Source: Mobula hypostoma (Eukaryota). Taken from it: a stretch of 64,000 nt of DNA. Under the pieces are notes generated by a model, which saw only the letters and a list, made by a program, of their open reading frames with translations, did not search any database and had not been told where the DNA came from. Both the position numbers and the translations under genes were made by a program. Within the stretch, counting starts at the first letter, position 1, and each line of letters starts with the position of its first letter. Positions 1 through 13,565 of this stretch are shown piece after piece. The stretch covers positions 54,066,001 through 54,130,000 of the forward strand of contig NC_086108.1 in NCBI RefSeq assembly GCF_963921235.1. The letters are read 5' to 3'.

Positions 1-1690
1 GCCTTCTGTCAATCAGCCCTTGCTTTATCCATGCTAGTATCTTTCCTGTAATACCATGGGCCTGTAGCTTGTTAAGCAGCCTCAAGTGTGGCACCTTGTC
101 AAAGGCCTTCTGAAAATCCAAGACCACAACATCAACCAATTCTCCTTTGTCTGTCCTGCTTGTTATTTCTTCAAAGAATCCCAGCAGATTTGTCAGGCAA
201 GCTTTTCATGCTGACTTTGGCCTATTTTATCATGTGCCTCCAAGTACTCTGAGACCTCATCCTTAATAATTCACTCCAACATCTTCACAAACACTGAAGT
301 CCGACTACTTGGCCTATAGTTTCCTTTCTTCTGCCCTTTTCCCTTCTTGAAGCGTGGAGTGTCATTTTCAATCTTCCGGTCTTCTGGAACCATTCCAGAA
401 TCTAGTGATTCTTGAAAGATCATTATTAATACCTCCACGATCTCTTTAGCCACCTCCTTCAGAACCCTGAGGTGTACACCATCTGGTCCAGCTGACTTAT
501 CTAGCTTTGGGTCTTTCATAGAACATGGAAAACTACAGCACATTGCAGGCCCTTCGGCCCACAATGTTGTGCCGAGGTAAGTTTCAGTTTCCTAAGTACC
601 TTCTCTTTAGTTATGGTAACTTCACACACTTTATGCCCCCTGACACCTTGAACTTCCATCCTACTGCTAGTGTCTTCCACAGTGAAGACGGACCCAAAAT
701 ACTTAGCTTGTCTGCTATTTCTTTGTCCCCCATTACTACCTCTCCAGCATCATTTTCCAGTGGTCCACTCTTGCCCCTATTTTACACTTTAGTTATCTGA
801 AGAAACTTTTGGTATCCTCTTTAATATTATTGGCTTGCTTACTTTTGTATTCCATCTTTACCTTCTTAATGGCTTTTTCGTTATCTTCTATTAGTTTTTA
901 AAAGTTTTCTAATCCTCTGACTTCCCATTAAGTTTTGCTCTTTTATATGCCCTTTCTTTGGTTTTGATGTTGACTCTGACTTCTCTTTTTAGCCACGGTT
1001 GTGTCACCTTGCCTTTTGGATGTTTTGTCCTCTTTGGGATATATATATCCTGTGCCTTCCAAATTACTTGCAGAAATTCCAACCATTACTGTATTGATAT
1101 ACAGGCAGCTCAACCTTTTGATTCCTATCTTTGTTTGAAACCTTACCAAAATCTGCCTCTGCAACCTCTCCACTCACTGTTCTGGCATTCTGGTTCCCAT
1201 CCCCCTCCAACTCTAGTTTAAACCCCACTGTGCAGCATTAACAAATCCTTCCCGCTAGGATATTAGTTCCCCTCCAGTTCAGGTGCAAACTATCTCTTCA
1301 GTGCAAGTCCCACCTTCCTTAGAAGAGAGCCCAATGATCCAAAAATCTTATTCCTTCCCTCCTACACCAACTTCTTAGCTACATATTAAACTGTATAATA
1401 TTCCTAGTTCTGGCCTCACTAACACGTGGCATGGGTAGCAATCCTGAGATCACATTCCTGGAGGCCATGCCCTTAAGTTAACACCTAACTCCCCGAACAC
1501 CCTCTGCAGAACCTCATCACTCGTCCTACCCATGTCATTGGTACCTACATGGACCACAACTTCTGGCTGTTCGCCCCCCATTTAAGAACGCTGAGGACTC
1601 GATCCAGGAATCTTATTCTCTCCTACAGAACCTCCTGTCCATTTCCCTGACTAACAAATCCCCTATCACCACAGCATGCCTCAGATAGCC
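1..1690 (-). mobile_element. Degenerate CR1 LINE (ORF1 esterase end, EN start and RT pieces, internally deleted); a short CR1 3'-end fragment is embedded at ~517-575
   Basis: ORF 271..564(-) 'GPDGVHLRVLKEVAKEIVEVLIMIFQESLDSGMVPEDRK...GNYRP' resembles the CR1 RT at 60096..61169; 1215-1680 resembles the ORF1 region at 62170-62690. Confidence 0.85.
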
Positions 1691-2796
1691 TGTGTTCTGT
1701 AATGATGAACTTCCTGACCAATCGTGGAGTCCTATAATTAATCTCTGGAAAACTCAGATTCTAGACAAGGCCAACCTCCCATCTTTGGTAACCGCAAGTC
1801 CAGAAGTAATCTCTTCCATCCTAATACACTCCACTTACATTGGCTCAAATTACAACCCAGATGGTAATTTGGTAGCCAAGTCTGAAAATTACTCAAATAA
1901 TAGATGATGAAGTATAATAAGTATTAGTAGTTATGTTACGTCATATTTAAGGTAAGTGGGGGGAAGGTCTTGGAGATGAATAATTGAAGCCATAGAAACT
2001 AATTATATAGAATTTGATTTCAACATGGGATAAAGTGTATATAAGTGTATATATAAAGTGTATTAGTATCCAATTCTTTGAAAGTTAATACATTCTGAAG
2101 CCCTGACTAATCTTCCTTTGACACATTCCCTTCAACAAGTGCAAAGGTTTTGTGTTGGTTGCTTTATTGCATGGTTACTACTTAAAATAACCTTGGCTAA
2201 ATCATCACATATATTCATGAGGTAAACTTACTGTGAACATTTAATCCCTGTGGGCTCGATTGAAGCTCTATCTCGTGTGTTTTTTTTTACCGCAACAACA
2301 AAATGTTTTAAACTCTGAAGGCTGTGCATGTTTTGATAACGGTGGGGGAATCCTGACCAATAAGAATTGGCTAATAAAAGGAAAAATAAGATTACAAACA
2401 TCACTTCTAAATGTGGATGCAGATTTATACTCTGAGCACAGTTGTTTTACCATGATCTTCTGGGATCAGCCTATAATAAATTCTATACTGAAGGATTCTA
2501 TTTTTGAAAAGGGAAATATGAATATTTTGCACACTCCTGAGTCTTGTGAAAGCAGCCAGACAATTCCTATATGTTTTAACTACTGAGCAATTTAGATTTT
2601 TATTAGGGTTTCTCCTGATACTTACTAATTTAAAAAATCTGCCCTCTTTCAGAGTTTATTGCAGATTATTTTTAGTCCTTAACTCTCCAAATTTCTAAAA
2701 GAATGACCCAAAGGTACAGAGTCACTTGGGACCAGCAACACACCCAAAATGCTGGTGGAACACAGCACGCCAGGCAGCATCAATGGGAAGAGGTAC

Positions 2797-2832
2797 AGTC
2801 GACGTTTTGGGCCGAGACCCTTCGTCAGGACT
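2797..2832 (-). ncRNA. Minimal hammerhead ribozyme motif, degenerate (GAAA to AAAA)
   Basis: Reverse complement AGTC CTGACGA AGGGTCTCGGCCC AAAAC GTC GACT. Confidence 0.6.
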
Positions 2833-3780
2833 AAGTGAAAGAAGAGATAGTAAGAGTCTACTATAAGCCTATGGACTCTCACAGCTACCTGGACTATTCC
2901 TCTTCCCACCCTGTCTCTTGCAAAAATGCCATCCCCTTCTTGCAATTCCTCTGTTTCCGCAGCATCTGCTCTCAGGATGAGGCTTTTCATTGCAGGACGA
3001 AGGAGATGTCTTCCTTTTTTAAAGAAAGGGTCTTCCCTTCCTCCACCATCAACTCTGCTCTCAAACGCATCTCCCCCATTTCACGCACATCTGCTCTCAC
3101 CCCATTCTCCCGCCACCCCACTAGGAATAGGGTTCCCCTTGTCCTCACCTAACACCCTCCCAGCCGTTGAGTCCAACATACACTTCTCCGTAACATCCGC
3201 CACCTCCAACAGAACCCCACCACCAAACACATCTTTCCCTCCCCCCCCCTTCCTGCTTTCCACAGGGATTGCTCCCTACGTGACTCCCTTGTCCATTCAT
3301 CCTCCCCATCCCTTCCCACCGATCTCACTCTGGGCACTTATCCTTGTAAGCGGAACAAGTGCTACACATGCCCTTACACTTTCTCCCTCACCATCGTTCA
3401 GGGCCCCAGACAGTCCTTCCAGGCGAGGCGACACTTCACCTGTGAGTCGGCTGGGGTGGTATACTGCTCTCGGTGCTCTCTGGTGCTCTCGGTGCAGCCT
3501 TCTGTATATTGGCCGGGAGACCGTTTCGCTGAACACCTACGCTCTGTCCGCCAGAGAAAGCAGGATCTCCCAGTGGCCACCCATTTTAATTCCATGTCCC
3601 ATTCGCATTCTGATATGTCTAATCACGGCCTCTTCTCCTGTAAAGGTGAAGCCACACTCAGGTTGGAGGAACAACACCTTATATTCCATCTGGGTAGCCT
3701 CCAACCTGATGGCATGAACATTGACTTCTCTAACTTCCGTTAATGCCCCTCCTGCCCTTCCTACACCATCCCTTATTTAT

Positions 3781-3822
<42 letters not shown>
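3781..3822 (+). repeat. (ATCT)n microsatellite within the PLE pseudo-LTR
   Basis: About 10 tandem ATCT units just after the PLE stop codon. Confidence 0.95.
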
Positions 3823-4093
3823 CTCCTCTCTCCCCCCCTCTTTTTTTTCCTCCCTCTGCCCCTCTCACTATAACTCTTTGCCTGCTCTCCATCTTCCTCT
3901 GGAGTTCCTCTCCCCCTTTCTTTCTCCCTAGGCTTCCCGTCCCATGATCCTCTCCCTTCTCCAGCCTTCTATCCATTTTGCCAATCGACTTTCTAGCTCT
4001 TAGTTCCATCCCTCCCCCTCCTGTCTTCTCCTATCATTTTGGATCTCCCCCTCTCCCCAACTTTCAAATCTCTTACTATCTCTTCTTTCAGTT

Positions 4094-4129
4094 AGTCCTG
4101 ATGAAGGGTCTCGGCTCGAAACGTCGACT
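4094..4129 (+). ncRNA. Minimal type I hammerhead ribozyme motif, core intact
   Basis: AGTC CTGATGA AGGGTCTCGGCTC GAAAC GTC GACT; helix I AGUC/GACU; predicted cut after 4125. Confidence 0.8.
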
Positions 4130-4310
4130 GTGCTTCTTCCTGTGGATGCTGAATGGTCTTAGCCTGTTCTCCCTGCAGCACAGGAGGCTAAGTGGTTACT
4201 TTATAAAATTATGAGGTGGAGAGTCGGTCTTTTTCCAAGAGTAGTGGAGTCTAAAATTGGAGTAAATAGGATCAAGGTGAGAAGAAAAATATTTAAAGGA
4301 GAAAATATTT

Positions 4311-4957
4311 AAAGGGGAGGGATAGAGCTAAGAGCTGGAAAGTTGATTGGCAAAAGGGATACAAGGCTGGAGAAGGGAGAGGATCATGGGACATGAGGCC
4401 TGGGGAGAAAGCAAAAGGCTATCCAGATGGAATATAAGGTGTTGTTCCTCCAACCTGAGTGTGGCTTCATCTTTACAGTAGAGGAGGCCGAGGAAAGACA
4501 TATCAGAATGGGAATGGGATGTGGAATTAAAATGTGTGGCCACTGGGAGATCCTGCTTTCTCTGGCGGACAGAGCGTAGGTGTTCAGCAAAACGATCTCC
4601 CAGTCTGCGTTGGGTCTTGCCAATATATAGAAGGCCACATATGGAGCACCGGACGCAGTATATTACCCCAGCCGACTCACAGGTGAAGTGTCACCTCACC
4701 TGGAAGGACTGTCTGGGGCCCTGAATGGTAGTGAGGGAGGAAGTGTACGGGCATGTGTAGCACTTGTTCCGCTTACAAGGGTAAGTGCTGGGAGGGAGAT
4801 CTCTTACTATTTCTTCTTTCAGTTAGTCCTGACAAAGGGTGTCGGCCCGAAACGTCGACTGTGCTTCTTCCTATGGATGCTGTCGGGCCTGCTGTGTTCC
4901 ACCAGCATTTTGTGTGTGTTGCTTGAATTTCCAGCATCTGCAGATTTCCTCTTCTTT
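4311..4957. mobile_element. Rearranged Penelope-like copy: GIY-YIG and pLTR piece on - (4311-~4798) joined to a + pLTR 3' end with tail; hammerhead motif at 4825-4860 is degenerate (CTGACAA)
   Basis: ORFs 4328..4543(-) and 4384..4638(-) match the PLE endonuclease; + tail 'gcttgaatttccagcatctgcagatttcc'. Confidence 0.9.
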
Positions 4958-4959
4958 AA

Positions 4960-7420
4960 GACCATTCAATCTCTTCTTGCTAAATCTCTCCTGTCCAGGC
5001 ATCTTCCTGAATCCCTTCTGCACTCTTGGTGTTATCATATCCTTTCCTTTCTCTGGAGTGGTGACCAGAACTGCACACAGTGTTCCAGCTGTGGCCCAAA
5101 CAATGCAAGATGCAACATGCTGTGCCAATTCTTACACTCAGTATCTATGAAGACAAGCAAGCTAAACAACTCCTTCAGTGGCCTACCTATCCGTGTTGCC
5201 ATTTTCATGGAGTTATGAACTTGCACCCAAAGGTCCCTGTGGGCAAGATGTTTTGGTGCTGGAATGTTTGGCAACGCTTGTGGGCTGCCCTAGCTCATCC
5301 CTGGGTTGCGTTTGATTGTTAATGTAAACATCACATTTCACTCTGTTTTGATATAAATGTGATAAATAAGTTTATCCAAATGCAAATCTGTTTGTCATAG
5401 CTTCTTAAGGTCAATTCTATTTATTATGTATGTATGTGTGCCAGTATTAGAGGACCCAGGATCATTACCTCTTCACTTGCCACCACTCCACCCATTTTTT
5501 CAGCTGATTTACATCCTTCTTTATCCTTGAGCAACCATTCCCTTGTTCTACAACTGCACTAATCTTTGTATCATCAGCAAACATATTATCAGACCACAAA
5601 ACTTCTCATCCAAGCCACATATACAATATATGACAAAAGAAGCTTCAGCACTTATCGCTGTGGTACACCACTCATTGCAGACGCCCAATCAGAAACGCAA
5701 CCTTCCAGCACTACCCTCTGCCACCTACCTTTAAGCTTGTTTTCCAAAACACTTTGGACCTTGTGCTCTAACTTTTTGATCTAGTCAACCATGTAGGCCC
5801 TTGTCAAAAAGCCTTACTGATGTCCATATCTTCTATGTCCAGTGTCTCGTCTTCATAAACTTCCTTAGTAACATAATAAAAAAAATCTATCAGTTTGTGA
5901 AGCAAGATTTCCATTTACAAAACCATGCTGACTCCATGATATTAATCCCAACTGTTCCAAGTGATTATAACTCCCATTCCTAAAAACAAATCTAATAGTT
6001 AACCCTACGATCAACATAATGCTTACCTGGCTGTACTTTCCTGGCTTATCTCTACAGCTCTTGAATATGAAACAACATTACCTTCCCTCCAGTCTCGTCC
6101 ACGTCTAAAGGTCATGCAAAAATCTCTGTTAGAGCCCCTCCGATCTCCTCCCTTTCTTCCCATAACATGCTGGTATAGACTTTATTAGGCCCTGGAGAAT
6201 TGTTCACCTTAATTTTCATGAATATCTGTAAATCATGCTCTTTCCTCATATACAGATGCTCTAGACTATCAGTCTACACCACCTCTAATTCTCCATCCTC
6301 CCCATCCTGCTCCCTGGTGAATTCTGGCATGAAGTATTTATTCAGAACACCACATGTATGTCCTCGTTCCACACAAAGACTTCCCTTTTGATCCCTGAGG
6401 GGACCTATTGTTTCCCAAACAACCCTTTTGCTTCTATTATTTTCTAAAAGACTTTAGAATTTTCTTTACTTCTGTTGACCAGGGCCATTTCATGTCTTCC
6501 TTTTCCCCCTCTTAACTGTTTTTTCCCTAAGATCTCCTATATTGTCTGTAAGCATTGAAGATTACTCAATTGATAACAACTTCCTATACTTCGGCTTCCT
6601 TTTTACTGACCAAACTCTTGTTAACCAAGATTCCCCAATCTGTCTTTTTTTGCTACTTTAACCTTACTGGTAACACTGACCTGCTCTGCTGACTCTGAAC
6701 TCAAACTCCTCTCAGTTATCGAATGGGAGCTGCTGCTATTGCCTGCTCCTGTCTTGTACTGTTGAAGTCAACCTTCCCTGAATTTAAGACCTCGGTGCTA
6801 GGTCCAGTCTTATCCTTTCCTTTGATTATCTTAAAGCTTACTGGTTCATTGTTCACAAAGGATTTTTCCACAGACGATTACACCACTTGCCTGTCCTTGT
6901 TCTCTAAAGTAAGATCAAGTACAACTCACTCCCTATAGTAGGACTAAATTTAAAAACCCTTCCTAGATGGATTTAACAAATTTCACCCCATTCAGGCCCC
7001 TTAAGCTAAGGCAGTCCTTGCCAACATAGGGAAAGTAAAATCCACCCACTATGACAACTCTATTGCTTTCATATTGTTCTGCTATTTGTTCTTCCAAATC
7101 CAGTTGACTATTTGGAGGGCTACATCATAATTCATTCGAAATCATCGGCTCTCTTTTATTTTTATGTTTAGCTCTTATAACTTTGATTGCTAGTTTCTCT
7201 AGGATATCCTCCCTGAATCCTACCGTAAGCTCTCACTGATTGGGTAATGCAACACTCCCTCCTCTTTTGGAATTCCTTGATTGCCGCAATATTATAATCC
7301 CACGTGTTAATCCATGCCCCCCAATCTTACCTGCAAGGCTTCTTGCAATAAAGTAAATGCAGTTAAGCCTACCTACTTTCTATGTTCTCCATCCATCTTT
7401 TATTCCATGTTTACTTGAAT
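4960..7420 (-). mobile_element. Old, highly degenerate CR1 LINE fragments
   Basis: 'PQLEHCVQFWSP' in ORF 5035..5274(-); scattered similarity to the CR1 EN/RT at 59400-62050. Confidence 0.65.
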
Positions 7421-9293
7421 TGCCTGCTCCATTTGCCACAAATGATTCTCCTACATAATGATTATTGTGGTGGTCTCACTGTTTCCAGTCCTGTGATTAG
7501 TAAATACAACACAAAGCAGAGATCGAATCGTCAACATTGGTACACAGTATTTTGCCAGAAACGTGTTGAAAATCTTAAATGGTACAGATGATAATAGAAG
7601 TTTTTTTAAAAAAAGCAAATGATTTCACTCATTTGAAAGATGATAATATTAAAATGAGTTAAAACAACTCACTGAGGAAAAATGATCATTTATTCCACTG
7701 AAGCGGTCTTTTCAGTAGTTTTGTCTGCCAGTCTAACATCTATTTCAATTTTTCATGACTGAAGTGTTTCATTTTGACCAAATTGTGTGATAAAATTATT
7801 CCGGATATTTACTGTTGAGGCTCTTTAAAATAACCATACCTATCTGATGGACACTGAGGGTTGTATCTTTGGGGCAAAGTTGTCGTCGTTCCTCCATCAG
7901 GACTCAATTATGGTAATCGTGTAAGAAGTGCAAAACTTATTTGATTAAAACAATCAGTTCCACTGAGCAAAACATTTTTTTTGTGCTAGCTGTTTCAAAT
8001 TTACTTTTCACATATCAAAGTTTATGGCATCTGTTCCTACTTTCCTGAATTCCATTGGAATTATCTGGTTTATTTGTTATATTTAATATATTTTTTGCAG
8101 TTTGTCATTTATCTTTGTGAATCACCTCTTATTTTAAAACAGTTATTAAATTTCTCTTTAACTTTATAACTTCATAACTTTTAATTTTAGCATTGTTTCT
8201 GGTTTATTTCACAATTTTATTCATTGTTGTATAAGTATTGGATTTAAATATTGTACAATTCGACCTCTGCTTTAGCCAGTACATTGTCAACTTCTAGCAT
8301 TTCTCAGTACATTTGTAATCTGTTGCTGCTGATGAATCCCAGCAATCAAATTGATTAGAAATACTCCTTTGCTGCTTTGTCTAGACTTTGTAAATGATGT
8401 GTTTGAGGAAAGGGCTTCCATTTATGCTGTACCTTTCATAACCTCCAGATGTCCCAAAGCACTTTCCAAGCAATTAAGTACAGTACTTTATGTAATGCTG
8501 GAGCCTGCTCTCCTTACGCCAGTTCACTTCCTTTCACCGTAGACGCAACAACCTTTTATTTTGTTTTTTTTATCTGCTGAGTTTCGCAGACCAATGCACG
8601 TCTGTTACTGCATCTTTGTTCGTGTGCTACTTTGAAAATTGGACATGCTTGCATTTGATTTTGGCGTTGAAGCCAATGATGCAGTGTAGAAACAACAGCG
8701 GGCTAAGCAGTGGCCAGCACTCGATGCCTGCCTCCAATCTGAGTGTCCGTTGCTGAGTGATTACCAGATAGCGGTCTGATTTAGGGCTTGAGTAATTGGT
8801 ACAAAGTATTCAAGCTTTGATCTTACTTCTCGTTATGCCATCTGGCCCTGTTAATGAAATTGTCTGGCAACTGTTACCAAACCATAGAGGTCACTGGCAA
8901 TATTTTTCTTACAATTTGAAGTTCTCTTCTGCTGAATGTCTCTTGAGCAGCTTCAGTGGTCACGGGTTATGAATTCCCAGGAGAAGGCAAAGATGTAGCT
9001 TTCAAGGAAACTTTAAGAACACCCTTGAATTTTTTCCTTATCCATCTGGTAATCCTGTCCCTAGATAGGCAGTGGAAAAGATTGTCTGAAAAGATATGGC
9101 TTTCCCAGTAGAGCCAGTTCAATGTAATTAGGGTCACAGTCCTGTGGTAATTGGCTTGGGAGAATACATTGACATTAGTTATCCTTTCAATGGATTGAAG
9201 AATTTAATCGAGGCCATGTGAGTAGTGTTTTTGTAGTATTTCAAGTTATCCACTGTGGGTAGTCCTGTTCTCAGCAGTATAGTGGAAGGCAAA

Positions 9294-9935
9294 ACAAATC
9301 AAATCAAGTTTAATTATCATTCAGACTATACATGGATACAGTTGAATGAGACAGCTTTCCTCTGAGGCCCAGGTGTATTTATACATTCAAAATGGCAAAA
9401 GAGAGGGAAAAAAAGACACACATCATTGTACAAAAAAAACACATGTACAGCCCAAGTCCCTGAGCAACATGCACATTGATGGTCCAGCTCCCGGCAAACC
9501 AGCCTGTCCTTCCGCACGTCAAACACTGGAGGGCAGCACTTATGGGAAAAGCCAGCTCCAAACCAAGCATGGCTGCCCTATACTACACCTCCTGTAGTGT
9601 CGTTTCACCCGGACTGCAGCAGCAGGCAAGCCCGGTTGAGGCCTCGTCATCACTGCAACCGAGGTCACACTGCTGCCTCGTCGCCTGACTCACTACCGAA
9701 TGAGGAAAATAGACCTACGGCATCTCACATTATCAATGTCCAACAGGGTTAACAGCTCACTGCTACCCAGAAAAACACTGAGGTAGTGCTCATGGTTTCA
9801 TAGCCTGTTAGGAAATTTGATGGTGGTGGGGAAGAAGCTGTTCCTGAAGCATTGAATGTGTGTCTTCAGGCTCCTGTACCTCCTTGTTGATGGTGGCAAT
9901 GAGAAGAGGGCATATCCTGGATGATGGGTGTCCTT
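9294..9935 (-). mobile_element. Rex1/Babar-type LINE 3' fragment
   Basis: 'ggggaagaagctgttcctgaa...cttcaggctcctgtacctcc...gatggtggcaatgagaagagggca' shared with 13425-13560 and the 3' end of 50516-52836; (TGATT)n-like tail at 9295-9310. Confidence 0.6.
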
Positions 9936-9936
9936 G

Positions 9937-11200
9937 CATTGAAATAGGCACATTTCAACCCATCCAACTGACTGCAATTATGCCCTATGAGCTGCCTACC
10001 TTTCCTCATAGCTTCTCTATAGGGGTTCCCATCCTTTGTTATGCCATGGACAGTGCCATTAAGCAAGGGGTCCATGGATCCCAGGTTGGGAACCCCTGTT
10101 CTACATGCTGCAACTACCTTTACACTAATGCTCTGATCTATCGCTCTGATTCCCATACCCCTCCCAAACTAGTTTAAACCCTCCCCGATAGCGTTAGCGA
10201 ACCTAGCACATGTTCCCTCTTATGTAACCCATCCCTTTTATTCAGGTTATGTATTCCCCCGAAGAGATCTCAGTGATCCACAAATCTGAAACCCTTCCCC
10301 CTGCGCCAATTCTTCAGCCACACATTTATCTGCCATACCATCTTATTCCTACGCTCACTATTGCGTGGCACAGGCAGCTTTCCAGAGATTATTACCCATC
10401 AGGTTCTGCTTTTTGGCTTTTTCCTAGCTATCTATATTCTCTCTTCAGGACCTCATCCCTTTTTCCTACCTATGTTGTTGGTACCAATATATATTTCATG
10501 ACTTCTGGCTGCTCACCCTGGAAGGCAACCTACCATCAGGGAATCTCTTTCACATCCACAAAATCTCCTGCCTTTTCCCATAACTACTGAATTTCTGTCA
10601 CTACTGCTCTACTCTTCTGTTCTGAGTCACAGAGCCAGATTCAGTGTCAGATACTTTGGTCACTGTGGCTTCCCCTCGTAGGTTTTATCCCCAGTAGTTT
10701 GTACCCCCAATTTTGTCCATGCTTGTTATTGAGAACAGCCACAGAAGCTGCCTACTCTCTTTCCTTCTCCTGACAGTCACCCAGGTACCTGCCTCTGGCA
10801 ACTTAGGGGTGACTACCTCCCTCTGGTTTTTATCTATCACCTCTTCATTCTTCGGAATGAGCCATAGGTCATCGAGCTCCAGCTCCAGTTCCCTAACGTG
10901 ATCTGTATGGAGCTGCAGTTCATGCAGAGGTAGCAATCAGGAAGAAAGGTCTACCAGATCTCTCACATCTTATGAGGAGCACACCAGTGACCTGAGATCC
11001 ATTCTCACTACTCTAGTTGGGCACTAAAAAAGAACGAAAACAAAACTTGATGGGGAAAAATAACCTCAACCTAGTCTTTGCCTCTCCTTGCTGAGGCTGT
11101 TTTAAGCCAAAGCCTCAGATCCCACTCTGACTCTGTCCCACTCCAACAACGGCCCCACTTAACCTAACTTTTTATTGGCAAGGGCCAATAACCTCACAAT
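9937..11200 (-). mobile_element. CR1 5' portion (ORF1 and EN start), degenerate
   Basis: 'GLKCAYFNAR' (EN N-terminus) in ORF 9866..10156(-); 'DHVRELELELDDLWLI...GTWVTVRRRK' ORF1-like in 10685..10936(-). Confidence 0.75.
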
Positions 11201-12590
11201 CCAAATGATTTCAAGCTCTAGAAAATCCTGCCAGGTCCACAAACTTTGTAAACCTGACACTACACTCCACAAGTAACTGTTCCTGCAATTTTAAGCTAAT
11301 TGTATATCAAAGACTTTCAGAAATCTCATTTTAAAAATATCCTTTTATTGATAGATTTTTGATGGGAGAGAATTCTAGATTTCAACTCCTCAATTTTTGA
11401 AAATGTGGTTTTGGGTCTTGTTCTCAATCTAAAGGGAATAGATTTCAATCAACCCATACACATCTTAAATACCTCTTTAGGTCACTGAGCTCAATGGAAT
11501 ACCAAGCAAAATCAGTGCAACCAGTGTTCATAATTTAACCTTGGCTGCAATATTGATCCAATGTGTTTCTGCTCCCAAGGTGCTGACAGGACTCGTGAGT
11601 ATTTATAGCATTTTCTAGTTGTAGTTATTCTCAGCATCTGCTATTTTTGTATCCTGAGTTTTCAAATTGCAATAAAATGACCTCAAGTATCTATCATCTT
11701 ATTGATAATTCTGTGTTTGTTAGTTGTATTGTGGCTTGTCTGCAATGTGTCTTCCAGAAATAATTTGTGGCCAGATTTTTTTTTGTTTAGCGACAGCTAT
11801 GTGGTTTAACATATATGTCAAAGCTAAAAGCACTGCAAGCAGGGATTGATAATCAAAATTGGCCTTTTGAGTGTGGAGTTTTCTGTACCTTTACATATTT
11901 GTCTCTGGACTTTATGCATTGCGGCCCTGGTCTTTGCATTGTGAGCATGATTATCTGCAAAGAAAACTGCTTGCTGGATACTGTATAATGCTTGCTGATT
12001 TCCAGCATTTGCAGATTTTCTCTTGTTTGCTGTGCATTGCAGTTTGAGGTATAGGAAGGGAGCTGGTTCAATTGAGTCTTAAGTTTTATAAGAAATTGCT
12101 GTTTGGTGAATATGTATATTTAAGTTATAAATACTTTAGTTGCGAAATGTATTTTGCATGTTATTGAAACCTTCTGTTTACCTTACAGAAAACAGATTCC
12201 TTGGGCTGCTTTGTTTGTTGTGATCTGCCCATTGTGGTTGGAGTTTAATAGATGTTGATGTAGCCTGTGATAATTGTGTTTTACTGGCCAGTGGAAAACC
12301 TAAGCTAGTACTGTTGTAAAGCAATTACTAATGTATTGTTCGTGCAAATATAATACATTCTGCAGATGTCGAGGAAAAACCGGAAAGTTGGAAAATTTGA
12401 AGAGGCTGGGCGCTTTCTTTTGCTTCTCACCTGGAGGCACACGCATTACTGGGAAATAGATCTATTTGCTCTCTGCACCCACTACTATGCCAGATAATTA
12501 ATATTTAGATTGCAAGTTGAAATAGGTAATAATCAGGAGTTTGAGTTTATCTTTTTTTGTATTGACACCAAATCATTAAAATTTTAACAA

Positions 12591-12632
12591 TGCAAACACG
12601 AGAAAATCTGCAGATGCTGGAAGTTCAAGCAG
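12591..12632 (-). mobile_element. 42-bp Penelope 3'-tail-only insertion with an 11-bp TSD
   Basis: 'tgcaaacacgagaaaatctgcagatgctggaagttcaagcag' flanked by aattttaacaa at 12580-12590 and 12633-12643. Confidence 0.8.
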
Positions 12633-12666
12633 AATTTTAACAAGACTTAATGTACAACATTTTTGA

Positions 12667-12895
12667 TGCAATACACACAAAATGCTGGAGGAACTCAGCA
12701 GGCCAGGCAGCATCTATGGAAAAAAATTATAGTCGACATTTCGGGCCAAAACCCTTAGGTAGGACTGGAGAGAAAAGGCTGAGGAGTAGATTTCAAAGGT
12801 GGGGGAAGGGAGAGGAGAGAGAAACTCCAGGTGATAGGTGAAATCTGGAGGGGGAGGGATGAAGTAAAGAGCTGGGAAGTTGATTGGTGAAAGAA
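12667..12895 (-). mobile_element. Older Penelope pseudo-LTR fragment; degenerate hammerhead motif at 12731-12766
   Basis: 'aaaatgctggaggaactcagcaggccaggcagcatct...agtcgacatttcgggcc' is similar to the other pLTR copies. Confidence 0.75.
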
Positions 12896-13218
12896 AATGG
12901 GGGTTGATTTAAGCTAATCACAAAAACAAATTGAGGTGAGGAGGCAGAAAGGCTAACAGAAGAAAACCAACAACAGTGGAGTAAACTGTACTATGAGCAA
13001 GAGACCAGAAATGAAAGAGCACCAATGGCTGCAGGGGATCAGTGATGGGAGGGAGTGACAGTGAAACAATTTAAAGATAGAAGATTCAGAATGGGAGGCC
13101 GCTTAACTTTCAACCCAACCACTGTGGATGAGGGGAATAGGACAGAGTGACAGTGGGACAATGCTGTTCAGTAACCTTACTCAGCGATGTGTGTATCCCA
13201 TCTGAGTTAGGAAAGGTG

Positions 13219-13565
13219 AATCAGAATCAGATTTATTATCACCGCATGTGAAATTTGTTAACTTCGCAGCAGCTGTTCAATGCAATACATAATATAGAAG
13301 AAAAAAAATAAATCTATTACAGTATATATATATAGAATAGATTAAAAATTGTGCAGAAACAAACTATATATTAAAAAAAGTGAGGTAGTGTTCACAGGTC
13401 CAATGTCCATTTAGGAATCAGATGGCAGAGGGGAAGAAGCTGTTCCTGAATCGCTGAGTGTGTGCCTTCAGGCTCCTGTACCTCGTTCCTGATGGTAACA
13501 GTCAGAAAAGCGCATGCCCTGGTGTTGGAGGTCCTCAATAATGGATGCTGCCTTTCTGAGACACC
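13219..13565 (-). mobile_element. Rex1/Babar LINE 3' end
   Basis: (CTGATT)n tail with AATAAA on the - strand; C-terminal LLPSG...FFP coding remnant. Confidence 0.7.

Larger units (their letters stand above)
2735..4160 (+). mobile_element. 5'-truncated Penelope-like element with an inverted pseudo-LTR segment at the 5' end (2735-~2857)
   Basis: 'VYYKPMDSHSYLDYSSSHP', PCKRNKCYTC linker and 'DRFAEHLRSVRQRKQDLPVATHFN...LEEQHLIFHLGSLQPDGMNIDFSNFR*' match 55192..56556; frameshifted; pLTR ~3744-4160. Confidence 0.93.

Noticed and set aside
2926..3717. 263-aa Ser/Pro-rich ORF, and the similar ORF at 55658..56233
   Set aside because: Alternative frame of the pyrimidine-rich PLE coding strand, partly fused by frameshifts
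12190..12460. Acceptor-like sites (ccttacag, ttctgcag) as host exons
   Set aside because: Frames close before any good donor
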